Assembly (NCBI RefSeq): GCF_036365525.1
Contig: NC_090373.1
Span: forward strand, 104,035,692 to 104,099,691
Reading direction: 5' to 3'
Origin: Heterodontus francisci
Taxonomy: Eukaryota
DNA: 64,000 bases
Below are positions 1 to 14,102 of the stretch, one piece after another. Within the stretch, counting starts at the first letter, position 1. Every line of letters begins with the position of its first letter. Both the position numbers and the translations under genes were made by a program. The notes beneath the pieces were generated by a model that worked only from the letters and a program-made list of their open reading frames with translations, was not told the DNA's origin and did no database searches.

Positions 1-2410
1 CCCTTGCCTCCCTCAGTATTCTAGGGTAGATCCCATCAGGCCCTGGGGACTTATCTACCTTAATGCTTTGCAAGACACCCAACATCTCCTCCTTTTTGAT
101 AATGAGATGACTGAGACTATCTGCACTCCCTTCCCTAGGCTCATCATCCACCAAGTCCTTCTCTTTGGTGAATACTGATGCAAAGTACTCATTTAGCACC
201 TCACCCATTTCCTCTGACTCCACACATAGATTCCCATCTCTGTCCTTGAGTGGGCCAACCCTTTCCCTGGTTACCCTCTTGCTCTTTATATATGTATAAA
301 AAGCCTTGGGATTTTCCTTAATCCTGTTTGCCAATGACTTTTCATGACCCCTTTTAGCCCTCCTAACTCCTTGCTTAAGTTCCTTCCTACTGTCTTTATA
401 TTCCTCAAGTGCTTCATCTGTTCCTGGCCTTCCAGCCCTTACAAATGCTTCCTTTTTCTTTTTGACTAGGCTCACAATATCCCGTGTTATCCAAGCTTCC
501 CGAAACTTGCCAAACTTGTCTTTCTTCCTCACAGGAACATGCTGGCCCTGGATTCTAATCAGCTGACATTTGAAAGACTCCCACATGACAGATGTTGATT
601 TATCCTCAAACAGCCGCCCCCAATCTAAATTCTTCAGTTCCTGCCTAATATTGTTAGAATTAGCCTTCCCCCAATTTAGCACCTTCACCCGAGGACTACT
701 CTTATCCTTATCCACAAGTACCTTAAAACTTATGGAATTATGGTCACTGCTCCCGAAATGCTCCCCCACTGAAACTTTGACCACCTGGCCGGGCTCATTC
801 CCCAATACCAGGTCCAGACTGGCCCCATCCCTAGTTGGACTATCTATATACTGTTTCAAGAAGCCCTCCTAGATGCTCCTCACAAATTCTGCCCCATCCA
901 AGCCCCTAGCACTAAGTGACACCCAGTCAATATTGGGGAAGTTAAAATCACCCACCACTACAACCCTGTTACCTTTACATCTTTCCAAAATCTGTCTACA
1001 TATCTGCTCCTCTACCTTCCGCTGGCTGTTGGGAGGCCTGTAGTAAACCCCCAACATCGTGACTGCACCCTTCCTATTCCTGAGCTCCACCCACATTGCC
1101 TCGCTGCATGACCTCTCTGAGGTGTCCTCCCGCAGTACAGCTGTGATATTCTCCTTAACAAGTAATGCAATTCCACCACCCCTTTTACATCCCCCTCTAT
1201 CCCACCTGAAGCTTCTAAAGCCTGGAACATTTAGCTGCCAATCCTGCCCTTCCCTCAACCAAGTCTCTGTAACAGCAACATCATATTTCCAAGTACTAAT
1301 CCAAGCTCTAAGTTCATCTGCCTTACCTGTTATACTTCTCGCATTGAAACAAACGCACTTCAGACCACCAGTCCCGTTGTGCTCAGCAATATCTCCCTGC
1401 CTGCTCTTCCTCTTAGTCCTACTGGCCTTATTTACTATGTCCTCCTCATTTACTTCACTAACTGTCCTACTGCTCTGGTTCTCACCCCCCTGCCACACGA
1501 GTTTAAACCCTCCCGAGTGACGCTAGCAAACCTTGCAGCCAGGATATTAGTGCCCTTCCAGTTTAGATGCAACCCGTCCTTCTTGTACAGGTCCCATCTG
1601 TCCCTGAAGAGAGCCCAATGGTCCAGATATCTGAAACCCTCCCTTCTACACCAGCTGCTCAGCCACGTGTTCAGCTGCACTATCTTCCTATTTCTAGCCT
1701 CATTGGCACGTGGCACAGGGAGTAATCCAGAGATTACAACCCTGGAGGTCCTGCTTTTTTAACTTACTACCTAACTCCCTAAACTCCCCCTGCAGGACCT
1801 CGTCACTCTTCCTGCCTATGTCGTTGGTACCGATGTGTACCACAACCTCTGGCAGTTCACCCTCCCCCTTCAGAGACATCCTTTACCCTGGCACCAGGGA
1901 GGCAACATACCTTCCTGGAGTCTCTTTCACGTCCACAGAAGCGCCTGTGTCCCTGACTATAGAGTCCCCTATAACTATTGCTCTTCTGCGCTTTGTCCCT
2001 CCCTGCTGAACAACAGTGCCAGCCGTGGTGCCACTGCTCTGGCTGCTGCTGTTTTCCCCTGATAAGCCATCCCCCTCAACAGTATCCAAAACGGTCTACT
2101 TGTTAGAGAGAGGGATAGCCACAGGGGATTCCTGCACTGACTGCCTGCCCCTTCTAGCGGTCACCCATCTATCTGCCTGCACCTTGGGTGTAACCACTTC
2201 TCTAAAATTCCTGTCTATGACACTTTCCGCCACCTGCATGCTCCTAAGTGCATCCAGCTGCCGCTCCAACCGATCCATGCGGTCTGTGAAGAGCTGCAAC
2301 TGGGTACACTTCCTGCAGATGTAGTCGCCCGGAAAGCTGGAAGCGTCACGGACTTCCCACATCTCACAGGTGAAGCACTTCACCCCTCTAACTGACATTT
2401 CTATCACTAA
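1..2410 (-). mobile_element. CR1 LINE, 5' half (ORF1 zinc-finger/leucine zipper + SGNH esterase; ORF2 AP endonuclease), disrupted, runs off window start
   Basis: ORF pieces CFTCEMW..CRKC (2096-2407), IGDSIV (1883-2089), DGLHLN (1450-1716), NARSI..TETWL..YRPP..VGDFNFP (869-1498); frameshifts and stops. Confidence 0.93.
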
Positions 2411-2611
2411 TTAGTTAATTGATATAAAATAAATAAATACTTATTAAATCCTTACTAAATTATGATACACTCCATCTTATTTCGCATGTTTCTGCTAGTC
2501 AATTGAAATTCACATATGCTGTTATACAACCATTTGTAGGTTAGACTGCATGTTCAGACGTGGTATGGTTATATGGAGGGGAAAAAGATTTTAAAATTCT
2601 GCATGTGTTCC

Positions 2612-3440
2612 TTTATTTTATTCATCTATGGGATGTGAGCGTCACTGGCAAGGCCAACATTTATTGCCCATCCCTAATTGCCCTTAAGAAGGTGGTGGTA
2701 AGCTGCCTTCGTGAACTGCTGCAGTCCATGTGGTGTCAGTTCACCAGTTAGGAAGGGAGTTCCAAGTACTTGACCTAGCAACTGTGAAGGAACGGCGATA
2801 TAGTTACAAGTCAGGATGGTGTGTGGCTTGGAGGGGAACTTGCAGGTGGTGATGTTCCCAAGTGCCTGCTGCCCTTGTCCTTCGAGGTGGTAGAGGTCGT
2901 TGGTTTGGAAGGTGCTGTTGAAGGAGCCTTGGTGAGTTGCTGTAGTGCATCATGTAGATGGTACACACTGTATGTTGGTGGTGGAGGGAGTGAATGTTTA
3001 AGATGGTGGATGGGGTGCCGATCAAGCGAGCTGCTTTGACCCGGATGGTGTCAAGTTTCTTGAATATTGTTAGAGCTGCACTCATCCAGGCAAGTGAAGA
3101 GAGTATTCCATCACACACCTGACTTGTGTCTAGATGGTGGACAGGCTTTGGGGAGGCAGGAGGTGAGTCACTTGCCACAGAGTTCCCAGCATCTGACCTG
3201 CTGTTGTATTTATATGGCTGGTTCAGTTAAGTTTCTGGTTTATGGTAATCCTTCAGGATGTTGATGGCGGGGGAATCAGTGATGGTAATACCATCGAATG
3301 TCAAGGGGAGATTATTAAATTTTCTCTTGTTGGAGATCACCATTGCCTGGCACCTATGTGGCATGAATGTTATTTGTTACTTATCAGCCCAAGCCTGAAT
3401 GTTGTCCAGGTCTTGCTGCATATGGGAACAGACTGCTTCA
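2612..3440 (-). mobile_element. CR1-group LINE (family B) 3' fragment
   Basis: RT C-terminal remnant KKLDTI...IHSLHH; 3' end GGGCAATTAGGGATGGGCAATAAATG shared with other family B copies. Confidence 0.88.
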
Positions 3441-4229
3441 GTAAATACATGGTGTGTCAGACAACAGCAAAGATATCAATACAATGGGTAAGTAGAAAAC
3501 TTTGCGTGAACAAAGAATAATTTAATTGATTGAAAACACTTTTCTGATAGGTGATAGTTCCCAACATATCTTTCTGTAGCACCTTTCAGGTATATTTCCT
3601 TTGTAATTTTAATCCATCTTCCATCAGAAACACTGATATCACTTGAGTGGGGCGATAACAATATAGGGGCACAGGATCATTAACTCTCTGCTACGTGACT
3701 GCCATTTATTTTAACAGTTTTCTGAAAACATTTAAGCTAATGCTATGATTTGCGTCACTGTCTATAAGTCAGCATTGTGGCGGGGGAGGTGGAATGATCT
3801 GGTATTGTTTCCATTCATGATCACTATCTTGTGGCTCCAGCTTGAAAGCAGACGTCAGGTGCAAACAGGATCATGCTCATTACAATCTCCCATGTAGCCA
3901 ACAGCCAGCCAACATTCACAACTGAAGAATGGTCACTTAAGCAAAGTAACAAAGGGTGGCTGAGGCCTGTGAAACCCTACCTAAGCACGTGTCACCACCT
4001 TCAGGAGGGAAGGGACAGTACTGGAGGGATAAAAGAGGCGGTGGTTATGTCAAAGGATGCTGCAATTAAGGCATTGCTTTATGCACTGGGTAATCATTGT
4101 AAGTAACCCGTTCATTGGACAGTCAGTCCTCTCATATCTTTAAGAACAGCAAAAGTAGGAGAGTTTGAGGATAAAATTGTATTCGATAGTCCTGCCTAGG
4201 TACCTGTGGGAGGACCAGGTAGTGCTGGA

Positions 4230-6265
4230 TAGAAACAGGAACACAAGAAGTAGGAGTGGGAGTAGACCATACGGCCCGTCAATCCTGCTCTGCCAATATG
4301 ATCATGGCTGATCTTGGGCTTGAACTCCACTTTCCCACCTGCTCCCCATATCCCAGCCTTAAATGTATTTAACGATGGAGCATCCGCAACCCTCTAGGGT
4401 CGAGAATTCCAAAGATTTACAACCCTTTGAGAGAAGTAATTTCTCCTCATCTCAGTCCTGAATGATCGGCCCCTTATCCTGAGACTGTGCCCCCATGTTT
4501 CAGATTCCCATACCAAAGGAAACAATCTCTCAGCATCTACCCTATTAAGCCCCTTCAGAATTTTGAATGTTTCAACGAGGTTGCCTCGCATCCTTCTACA
4601 CTCCAGATAATATAGGCCAAATTTACTCAGCCTCTTATCATAGAACAACCCTCTCATCCCAGGGACTAACCTAGTGAACTGCCTCCAATGCGAGTATATC
4701 CTTCCTTAAATATGGAGACCAAAACTGCATAGAGTATTCCAGATGTGGTCTCACCAAAGCCCTATATAACTTGCTACGACCAGGTGAGAAAGGGGTCTAG
4801 GGGTTCCCTCTTAGCCTTTTCCTGGTTTAGCTGTAACAGGGTTTAATTTTTTTAAACACCGTGTTTTCAGTTTCCCCTCAGTGAATCCTTGTTCAGTGCT
4901 CTCCAATTGCAATGGCAAAGAAATCAACCAAACAGGTTTTCTTAGATTTAAAGAAGAAAGATGTAAGTTTATTAACCTGAAACTCTAATTCGGTTAAAAC
5001 TACTAAAATACGCCATGCGACCCATCTAGCATGCATATGCGATAAACACACACGCAGATAGAGACAGAAAAGGAGAAAGAATCAAGGGGAAAGGTTTGAA
5101 GCAATAGCTGGAGTTCATTTACTGTCTTTTGAGCTCGATGTGAAGTCTTTGATTGCAGATAAATCTTGCTGTCTCACTGGGGCCCAGTGCACTCTTTCAA
5201 ACTTGGTTCAATGGTTTTCTGTCTTCTGGAAATCCAGTTGTAGCCTCTGCTTTTCGCGAGAGAGAGAGAGTTAGAGAGCAAGACAGGGAGATGCTGTCTT
5301 CCTTCAAGTTCAGTTGCAGTCTGACCCAAACTGTTCTGCAAACACAATTCAAACCAAGCCTGGGCCAGCAGGCCAGTCATGTGACTAGTTCTTTCATTTT
5401 TTTGTGGATTCTTTCAATCTTAGTAGACATCCTCAGTTGGGGGCTGGAATGCTGACCTTCACACCCTTAATGTCTTTTGATCAAAATCCATTTGGTTAAT
5501 TGAATCAGGGAGCAGTTCCATTGACTTCTCCAGGCAACTGTCTCTTAGAATGCAAATGTTTCCAGCCATTGTCCTTTTAGAATGCAGGTGTAGCCATGGT
5601 TTCAGTCCAGTAAGAGTTTAAAATTAATGTTCCATATAATGAAATTAATATGCCTCATTCTTGGCAGGTGTGGTTTTCATCACAAACTGCAGCAAGACAT
5701 CCTTATTCTTGTACTCCAAATCCCTTACAATAAAAGTCAACATGCCACTTGCCTTCCTAATTGCTTGCTGTACCTGCATGCTAACTTTCTGCATTCCTTG
5801 TATGAGCACACCCACGTCTCTCTGAACATCAACATTTAAAAGTTTCACATCTTTCGAAAAATATTCGGCTTTTCTATTATAAGCAAAGTGAATAATTTCA
5901 CACTTCCCCACATTATACTCCATTGGTCATCTTGTTGCCCACTCACTTAACCTGTCTACATCTCTTTGCAGCCTCTGTGTCTTCCCCACAGTTTACCTTT
6001 CCACCTAGCTTTGTATCAGCAAATTTAGATACATTACGACCTATATCAATGACTTAGATGAAGAGACAGAGAGTAAATAGCTAAGGCCCTAGCACTGATT
6101 CTTGTGACACTCCACTAGTTGCAGCCTGCCAACTTGAAACTGCCCTGTTTATTTCCACTCTTTGTTTTCAGTCTGTTAATAAATCCTCTATCCATGCTAA
6201 TATATTACACTCAACTCCATGAGCCCTTATCTTACCCATTAACCTTTTGTGTGGCGCCTTATCAA
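4230..6265 (-). mobile_element. CR1 LINE (family A) 3' part, interrupted by a solo LTR
   Basis: RMRGNLVETFKILKG..YFSQRVVNLWN (4394-4657) and MEYNVGKCEIIHF (5645-5923); sequence is continuous across the LTR (tataact|gcagcaag). Confidence 0.9.
4772..5684 (-). mobile_element. Solo LTR (Gypsy/ERV-type) with 4-bp TSD
   Basis: TG...CA ends; AACT duplicated at 4768-4771 and 5685-5688; homologous to 15119-16002; AATAAA on minus strand near 4970 suggests orientation. Confidence 0.82.
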
Positions 6266-6330
6266 TTGTCCTTCACTTCAGAAACCTGGTTTTGAATCCA
6301 ACTCAAACTAATGGATGAAAGTCAACTCCA

Positions 6331-6465
6331 TCAGTTCTGATGAAAGGTCATCAACCTGAAACATCAACTCTGTTTCGCTCTCCACAGATGCTGCCGTACT
6401 GGCTAATATTTTCAGCATTTTCTGTTTTTATTTCAGATTTCCAACATCCACAGTATTTTGCTTTT
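6331..6465 (+). mobile_element. Penelope-like terminal repeat with hammerhead ribozyme motif
   Basis: AGTT-CTGATGA-A-AGGT(catca)ACCT-GAAAC-ATC-AACT followed by the family body ...ccacagatgctgcc...cagtattttgctttt. Confidence 0.78.
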
Positions 6466-6985
6466 GTAGCTAAGCACATAACCCTTTTTGTCATTTACAG
6501 TTTCAGAAAATAATTACTGCCCTACCTCCTATTTATTTTGATGTTTTTCCCTGCTCTACACCTTCCCCAAGCTCATCTTTTCCAGGAGTGTTAATTCCTG
6601 TACCATTGACCTTCTCTCCAACCAACCACTGATCACCTAACTTCCCAACCCACTCCCCATGGCTCCCAAGATAGTGGATATTGTCAAATTTTCCCTTTCT
6701 TCAAGCACCCTCCTCTCACTTTCATCATCAATCCTCTCTCAGAAAACCCACCCTTGGCTCATCCATCCTCTCAATATCTCCCCATCTCTGACCTTTCCTT
6801 CCTGCTTGCCAATCACCCCTGTTCGCATTGATTCCCTGCCCCCAAATGAATTACATTTCCAGTCTATGAGTCTTAAATGCCTACACAGTTTCATCCCACC
6901 CAATCTTTGCTATCTCCTCTAATTTTAAACCCCCAGAACACTATGTACATCCACTCTTCCCCTTGGTTATCATTGATAGCAGCTA

Positions 6986-8062
6986 AGGAAAACCCTCCGC
7001 TGGTTGGAGTCACACGTAGCGCAAAGGAAGATGGTTGTGGTTGTTGGAGGTCAATCATCTGAGCTCCAGAACATTACTGCAGGAGTCCCTCAGGGCAGTG
7101 TCCTCGGCCCAACCATCTTCAGCCGCTTCATCAATGACCTTCCTTCAATCATAAGTTCAGAAGTGGGGATGTTCGCTGATGATTGCACAATGTTCAGCAA
7201 CATTCGTGATTCCTTGGATACTGAAGCAGTCCATGTAGAAATGCAGCAAGACCTGGACAATATCCAGGCTTGGGCTGATAAGTGGCAAGTAACATTTGCG
7301 CCACACAAGTGCCAGGCAATGACCATCTCAAACAAGACAGAATCTAACCATCTCCTCTTGACATTCAATGGCATTACCATCGCTGAGTCCCCCACTATCA
7401 ACATCCTAGGGACTACCACTGACCAGAAACTGAACTGGAGTAGCCATATAAATACCGTGGCTACAAGAGCAGGTCAGAGGCTAGGAATCCTGTGGCGAGT
7501 AACTCACCTCCTGACTCCCCAAAGCCTGTCCACTATCTACAAGGCACAAGTCAGGAGTGTGATGGAATACTCTACACTTGGGTGCAGCTCCAACACACTC
7601 AAGAAGCTCGACACCATCCAGGACAAAGCAGCCCACTTGATTGGCACCCCATCCACAAACATTCACTCCCTCCACCACCGACGCACAGTGGCAGCAGTGT
7701 GTACCATCTACAAGATGCACTGCAGCAACGCACCAAGACTCCTTAGACAGCACCTTCCAACCCCGCAACCTCAACCAAATAGAAAGACAAGGGCAGCAAA
7801 TGCATGGGAACACCACCAGCTGCAAGTTCCCCTCAAAGTCACACACCATCCTGAATTGGAACTATACCGCCGTTTCTTCACTGTCGCTGGGTCAAAATCC
7901 TGGAACTCCCTTCCTAACAGCACTGTGGTGTACCTACCCCAAATGGACTGCAGCAGTTCAAGAAGGCAGCTCATTACCACCTTCTCAAGGGCAATTAGGG
8001 ATGGGCAATAAATGCTGGCCTGGCCAGTAACGCCCACATCCCATGAATGAATTAAAAAAAAA
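6986..8062 (+). mobile_element. CR1-group LINE (family B), 5'-truncated RT fragment
   Basis: GVPQGSVLGP..INDLP..FADD RT motifs (7004-8011); family 3' end then A-tail. Confidence 0.93.
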
Positions 8063-8710
8063 GCATTTTTGGCCATCTTAGCCCTGCTCTCTAACTTCCT
8101 CCCTAAACCCTTCCATCTTTACACTCTCTCAACTTTAAAATCCTTCTAAAAGCTCATATCTTCAGCCAAGTGTCCAGTAACCCCCTGTTAATATCTCCCT
8201 TTGTGGCTTGTTATCTTCTTCAACAATTTCTATTTTATGTAGCATGTTGGGACACTTTTTATGCTGGAGAGGGGAGGACCAGTAACATTCAATCACACTC
8301 CTTGGTAAATCCTACATGGGGCACTGGAGTGCTGTTGCAAGGAAATGTTCAATTGTTCTGTGTAAATACATAATCTCTGTAATGCCAAGGGGCATTTGTC
8401 AATATTAAAAGGTGTAATAAAAAATAAAAGGTTTTGTCACTGAGAAGTTTCTAAATCTCCAAACAAATTCCATAAGAATCACAAACATTTTGAATTCTGT
8501 GTTCCTTTGAAGCACTTTTCAGTTTTGATTAAACACTAACCTCGAATAACCCAACTTCAAGAAAACACTTTCTCAATTTCCTTTCATTACGGGGATGTAC
8601 TGTCAAATTTGTTTTGCTTTAGAATTTCCTTTCAACTGTTTGAGTGTGACTGTCGGCTGCTGTCAGATTGAATCTGCCATTGCACTACAGCAAGGGGTAA
8701 TGTGAAGTTA

Positions 8711-8917
8711 AAACAAAAAGTGCTGGAAATACACAGCTGGTCTGGCAGAATCTGCGGGGAGAGAAACAGAGTTACCGTTTCAGGTCTGTGACCTTTCCCA
8801 GTCCTGAAACATTAACACTGTTTCTCGCTCCACAGATGCTGCCAGACCTGCTGTGTAATCCCAGCACGTTCTGTTTTTATTTCAGATTTCCAGCATCCGC
8901 AGTATTTTGTTTTTATT
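8711..8917. mobile_element. Hairpin Penelope-like repeat insertion with 14-bp TSD
   Basis: Inverted arms; GTAATGTGAAGTTA duplicated at 8697-8710 and 8918-8931. Confidence 0.85.
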
Positions 8918-11900
8918 GTAATGTGAAGTTAGTTGTATTTATTCAACTTTTAGAGCCATCACATTGTCACAACATTCGTAGAATTAAACAGTAACAGTAG
9001 TCAAATATTCATCACTACCATAATGATAAAATGTCAAAGCCGTTACATTGTGTGGTAAAAGCAGAATCAATTCAGATTAGAAAAGAAATTCAGAACAAAA
9101 ATATGCTAAATGACATAAGCTGTGACATGTCACAAGCTCCAAAATCTTTCTGTGGAACCCCCAAAACATTTAAAAATAAAATTTTGGAAACATTTAATAA
9201 ATCACAAGTATACTCATAACCATCAATTTGATATTAAAACTTAATTGAATAAATATCCTTGGGGTGAAGCAGTTAGTCAGAAAAAGCCTGTTTGAATCCC
9301 AGCCAAGTCTGAAAGTCAGTATCTTCTATGCTACCTCGCCACCCACCCCATAGTAATTTGTCAGGTCCAGCGCTATGAGGTAAAACAGTACTCTGATTTG
9401 AGATGGGGCAAGAAGAAATACAAAACAGCTATCAACTAGTCAGTGACCTAACTGACCCAACAAAGTGCAATACCTTACCCGATAAGGAGCTGCATTGATG
9501 GCAACTACTGAGAATTCTGTAAATTAACATGGCCTGTCATCCTTGATAAAGGAGAACAGCACAAAGCCATTACAGCAAAGCAAGAAGGAATAAAAGAAAA
9601 GACTAGATAAGATCCTCCACTACTCTGACTTATCTATAAGTGTACACGTATGTGGGTAACCACCATTAGGACTTACACACTGTAATATCCAGTAACCAAG
9701 ACAGAAAGGGACCATGAAAACCTTATGATTGACTAGATAAATTTCCTTGTGCTACAATGAAACAGCTGATCAGCTATGACATGTAAAATACACATGACTT
9801 CTGAATCTACAGAACAGATTGCAGCACAAAAACAACAATTTCCTCTGCAGCAATATCACAAACACAATATTTTTAAATCAGTTTATGATTTCAGTATAAA
9901 TAAGGCATAGAGGAAATGAACACCTCAGGTCTCATGGCTCTGAGACTGAATCTTCCTGCATCAGCCCAAGCAGGCAGCCTTGGAAGATCTGTAGCACTTG
10001 ATCTAATACAGGTTATGAAAATAATTTCATAATTTTATATGGATTTCAGTTGTACAACTCAATCTAGTATTTTCCGATTTAACTGACTTCTTGGTTTGCA
10101 GCATCCCCTGCTGGAGCTATTAACGAGTACACATTTTTTTTCAGAGATGAACTGAAAAGTTCACTACAATTATTGTCCTTGTTATGGGAAGCCTCAGTCA
10201 CACAGATGAAGGCAAATCTGGAAAACCATACACCTGGCCCAAGCATAAATTTCTGACATACTATTCCCATTATGTAACATGTAAAAAATGGAAATAAACC
10301 CTAAATAGGATTCACCTTCACTGGAGTAGAGGCCTACAGAAGCCTAAGGGTTTAAAAGGTCAAAAGAGCCATGAAAGGATAAATGATTTCCTGAACTTTA
10401 TACATAAGAACACTGAACAAAAAAAACAAGGAGGTGGCAGTGAACCGGTACATAGCATTATTCAGGGCACAGACACAATGTTGTATGCAGTTTTGGGCAC
10501 CCCAATATGAAAAATATTAGAGCCCTGAACAAAAGCACAACACTGATTTACCAGTTGGCAACTGGGTGAGAGAATATATTTATAAATGAAACGTCCACAA
10601 ATTGCTGGAGTTTTATTCACAGGAGCAGAGGAGGTTAATGCATGTCGTGACTAACAGAAATAAAAAACGGAAGAGTCTGGTGAGAATAAACAGGGAATGA
10701 TTATTTCCGCTCGTCAATGAATCAGTAACAAGGGGACATAAACTTAGTATTAGTATTTTCAGAGCTTTCTTAGATTTCTTAGTCTTCCACTACCTGAAAC
10801 AACCTCTGCAAAAGTAGCAGCAACAGCATTATGCATGCATATCAAGCAACCATTTTGTAGCTGGGGTAGGATTTTTAAAAAAGCATTCGGGTGGACATAT
10901 GACTCTATGGGTTCTATTTTGACCTTTGGGCATCCAACTGGCAGAGCATGCCAAACAGGTTCCCTGGATTGAAGTCTCAAAATCAGGCCGTAACGGCTGG
11001 CAGCAAAGCAAGTTGCAGTGGAGTGCAGCTGGGTCTTTTCGGTTCCATCACATGTGGTGCAGTGTGCAGGCTCTGACCAGTTCAGACCTTAAATGGTAAT
11101 CTAGGTCCTATTTATATCATAAGACCACAATTTCCATATTAAAAAAGTCCTATCCCTGAAACAGGCACTTACGACACCAGTTGGAAGACCCTTTTCAAAA
11201 TGGAGCAGGCCAGACAGCCGTTGTTAACAGAGTGATTAGACACTAAAGCCATTTTGAGTCCTTTACCATTAGCACTAGGCTAACACAGTCTAAATCAGCC
11301 CTAATTTATTTTGGTTAGGTTTAAGTGTGTACTCAAACACTGTCTCCTGTTAGAGTCCCACCTAATGGTATGAAAATCATAGTTCCAGATGACACTGCAG
11401 CAGAAGGACTTCTTTGAAAAAAATTAAAAAGACAATGATGACCATTTGTTATTAATTTTTGCAGGTACGGCAGGCATGAGATGGAAAAAGTTAATTTTAA
11501 GCCAGGAACTACACTTAAGTCTTGATCCAAGCACACTTTTTTACATGTGGCTAAAGTGAGAAGCTGTGAAAAATTGTTCGAGTCACACAAGATTTCATTT
11601 ATATGCTGCTTTTGAAAGAAAAATCTGTAGACTATCATTTCTGTGAACACAAACTAATGTTGGAATCTTTTTACATTTGTGAGCTACAAAGCTTTAAAAT
11701 GTTGTATGGTGCTTTGGTTGCATTGCTTCAGCCAGATAGTTCTGCTAATGCATGCTGTAGCCCTGCAAAACACGATTCTCAGGTACATTATGACCTCAAG
11801 TTTATTATTTATAGCTTCCCTGCAAACAAATATTCCCAAAATAGATGAATAATTTTTATGCACAATTTCTAAAATGATAATCAGCAACATCTCAGTAATA

Positions 11901-12835
11901 CTGTGGGATTCAAGACTGAGAGAAAGACTGATGGAAATTATATTCCAATTTCAAAATGTATAACATCAGAAAGTAGTCTCAAACTCATCTCAACTTACAA
12001 AACATTAAAATTAATTTTATTTTTTGAAAGCCAATATATGAGTGCAATAAAAAGGAGGATATATCTCAGGGCCATTGCATGATATGATAAATATCACCAC
12101 TTGTGAGGTGAACTCTTAAATATCTCCAGTCAGCAGTTATCCAGTTAGATACACTGGCAGAGATATTTCTCCTGTTACATGGCTGGTTCTGAAGGATCCT
12201 CCATTTGTAACATTTGATCTAATGAAACATACTGATTAATGCTCAAAGACAGTAATGTGCAGATTCAAATGTAATTAACTGAAAGCTTGATTTTATGTTA
12301 AGTTTCAATATTTTAAATGAAAGCATATCCTCTCTTTAGTACACTTGATGCTTGTTTGTTTCTAAAACAAATTGATTTGAATGAGTTTTTTTGAAATGCA
12401 AAAAATAAAAATGGAGGTACTTTGTACTGCGCAGAACAGAAACAAATGAACCTGAAAGATCTAGAAGGTATGAGTGATGTTGTAACGTTACAGTAATACT
12501 TGATTTTTAATACGCTAATATGTTCCTTGTTGGAGTATTATGAATATATCAGAAGCAGGTAGGAGACCATTGTTGTGAATAATTCCACATGAAAAATCCA
12601 ACTGAACATTGAGTAGCATCCAATCAGTCCAAGCATGAATAGAACACTAAGTATAAGGGGAAATTCTAATGTGCTCCAAAACCATGTAAAGTAATACTTA
12701 ACAGGAGACATTCAAACTTTATTAATAGCATTTTTAAACTGCATACCAAAGTGCATAGAGTATTACATCAGCAGTAATCAACACCAGAATTTAAATAAAT
12801 TAACTTTCTATATATTTCCACAACATACAGGTTAG

Positions 12836-13208
12836 ACATTCACTCCCTTCATCACCAACGCACAATGGCAACAGTGTGTACCATCTCCTTCGACAGCACC
12901 TTCCAAACCTGCAACCTTTACCACCTAGAAGTTCAAGGGCAGCAGATGTATAGTAACACCATCACCGGCAAGTTCCCCTCCAAGCCACACACCATCCTGA
13001 CTTGGGACTATATAGTCATTCCTTCACTGTCGCTGGATCAAAATCCTGGAACTCCATTCCTAACAGCACTGTGAGCGTACCTACATCCCAAGGACTGCAG
13101 CGGTTCAAGAAGGCGGCTCACCACCACCTTCTCAAGGGCAATTAGGGATGGGCAATAAATGCTGGCCTAGCCAGAGATGCCCATATCCCACGAATGAATA
13201 AAAAAAAG
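12836..13208 (+). mobile_element. CR1-group LINE (family B) 3' fragment
   Basis: Same 3' terminus as 6986-8062 with A-tail. Confidence 0.88.
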
Positions 13209-14102
13209 TTTTCTACAAGGCAGTAATGCACATAGGTTCAGATAACTGAAGGAGCAAAGCTTAAGCGATCACCTGAATCCCCAAGGCATTTTTGTATAAC
13301 TGAAACAGACTCCAGTCTTTATGAAGTATACAGCCACAGTTTATTAAGTATATGAGTTCATTCTTTTTTTGCAGAAAATTGTGTTTTATGTCAATGTGAA
13401 TGCCATGGAGGAACTGAAGTGCTATTGTATTGTATGATTTCAATGAGAATATTAGGTTTCCCTTGACCGCATTTACTAGGAAATACCATACCTTCCTTAC
13501 GCTATGAAATGCTGACATTTTAATTGTACAGTCACCTCGGCTAATGTAATAATTCCCTCGCCTCACTGAATGAACATAAGCACTTTGTGTTATTTGACTA
13601 CATTCATTTGTTGAAACAATTAAATGAATCAGTGTATTAGAACATCAACACAGTGTTCCACATTTTGGGAAATGTGGATTCACATGTATGATCCCCCAAG
13701 TGTTGAATTGCCAAGCACCATTCCAAGCATGTTTCTTCTTAGAAGGGAGTATGTGTGTTTAAAAAGAAATCCAAATATCAAAGCAAGAGAAAATATACAC
13801 TTTTGACAATCCAAAAGCAACCTCTTGGAAAGTACTATATCTACCCTTTCTGTTGCAATATACCCCTTCAAAAGAGAGCAGGCAGAACACTAAATAAACC
13901 CAATACAAAGTAATCCCAAACAAGTATCCTCTATCCCTCATAGCATAATTCATGAAGGCAGAATAGTAGTAATAAAATATGCAAATTATAGTTCACTGAG
14001 AATCAAATATATGTACAAGACCAGATTTATATTTACAGCATATTGGAAAGTTAAGTAAAAGGATATATTTTTCAAAAAATATAAAAATAAATTGATACTT
14101 GC

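Noticed and set aside
7004-8011. 335-aa ORF (and 41656-42510, 61038-61574) as host genes
   Set aside because: Fragments of 5'-truncated LINE reverse transcriptases with frameshifts
11333-11650. Minus-strand ORF as possible TRMT11 exon 12
   Set aside because: No resemblance to the expected HPCL..CEQ..SRRLITMEK segment
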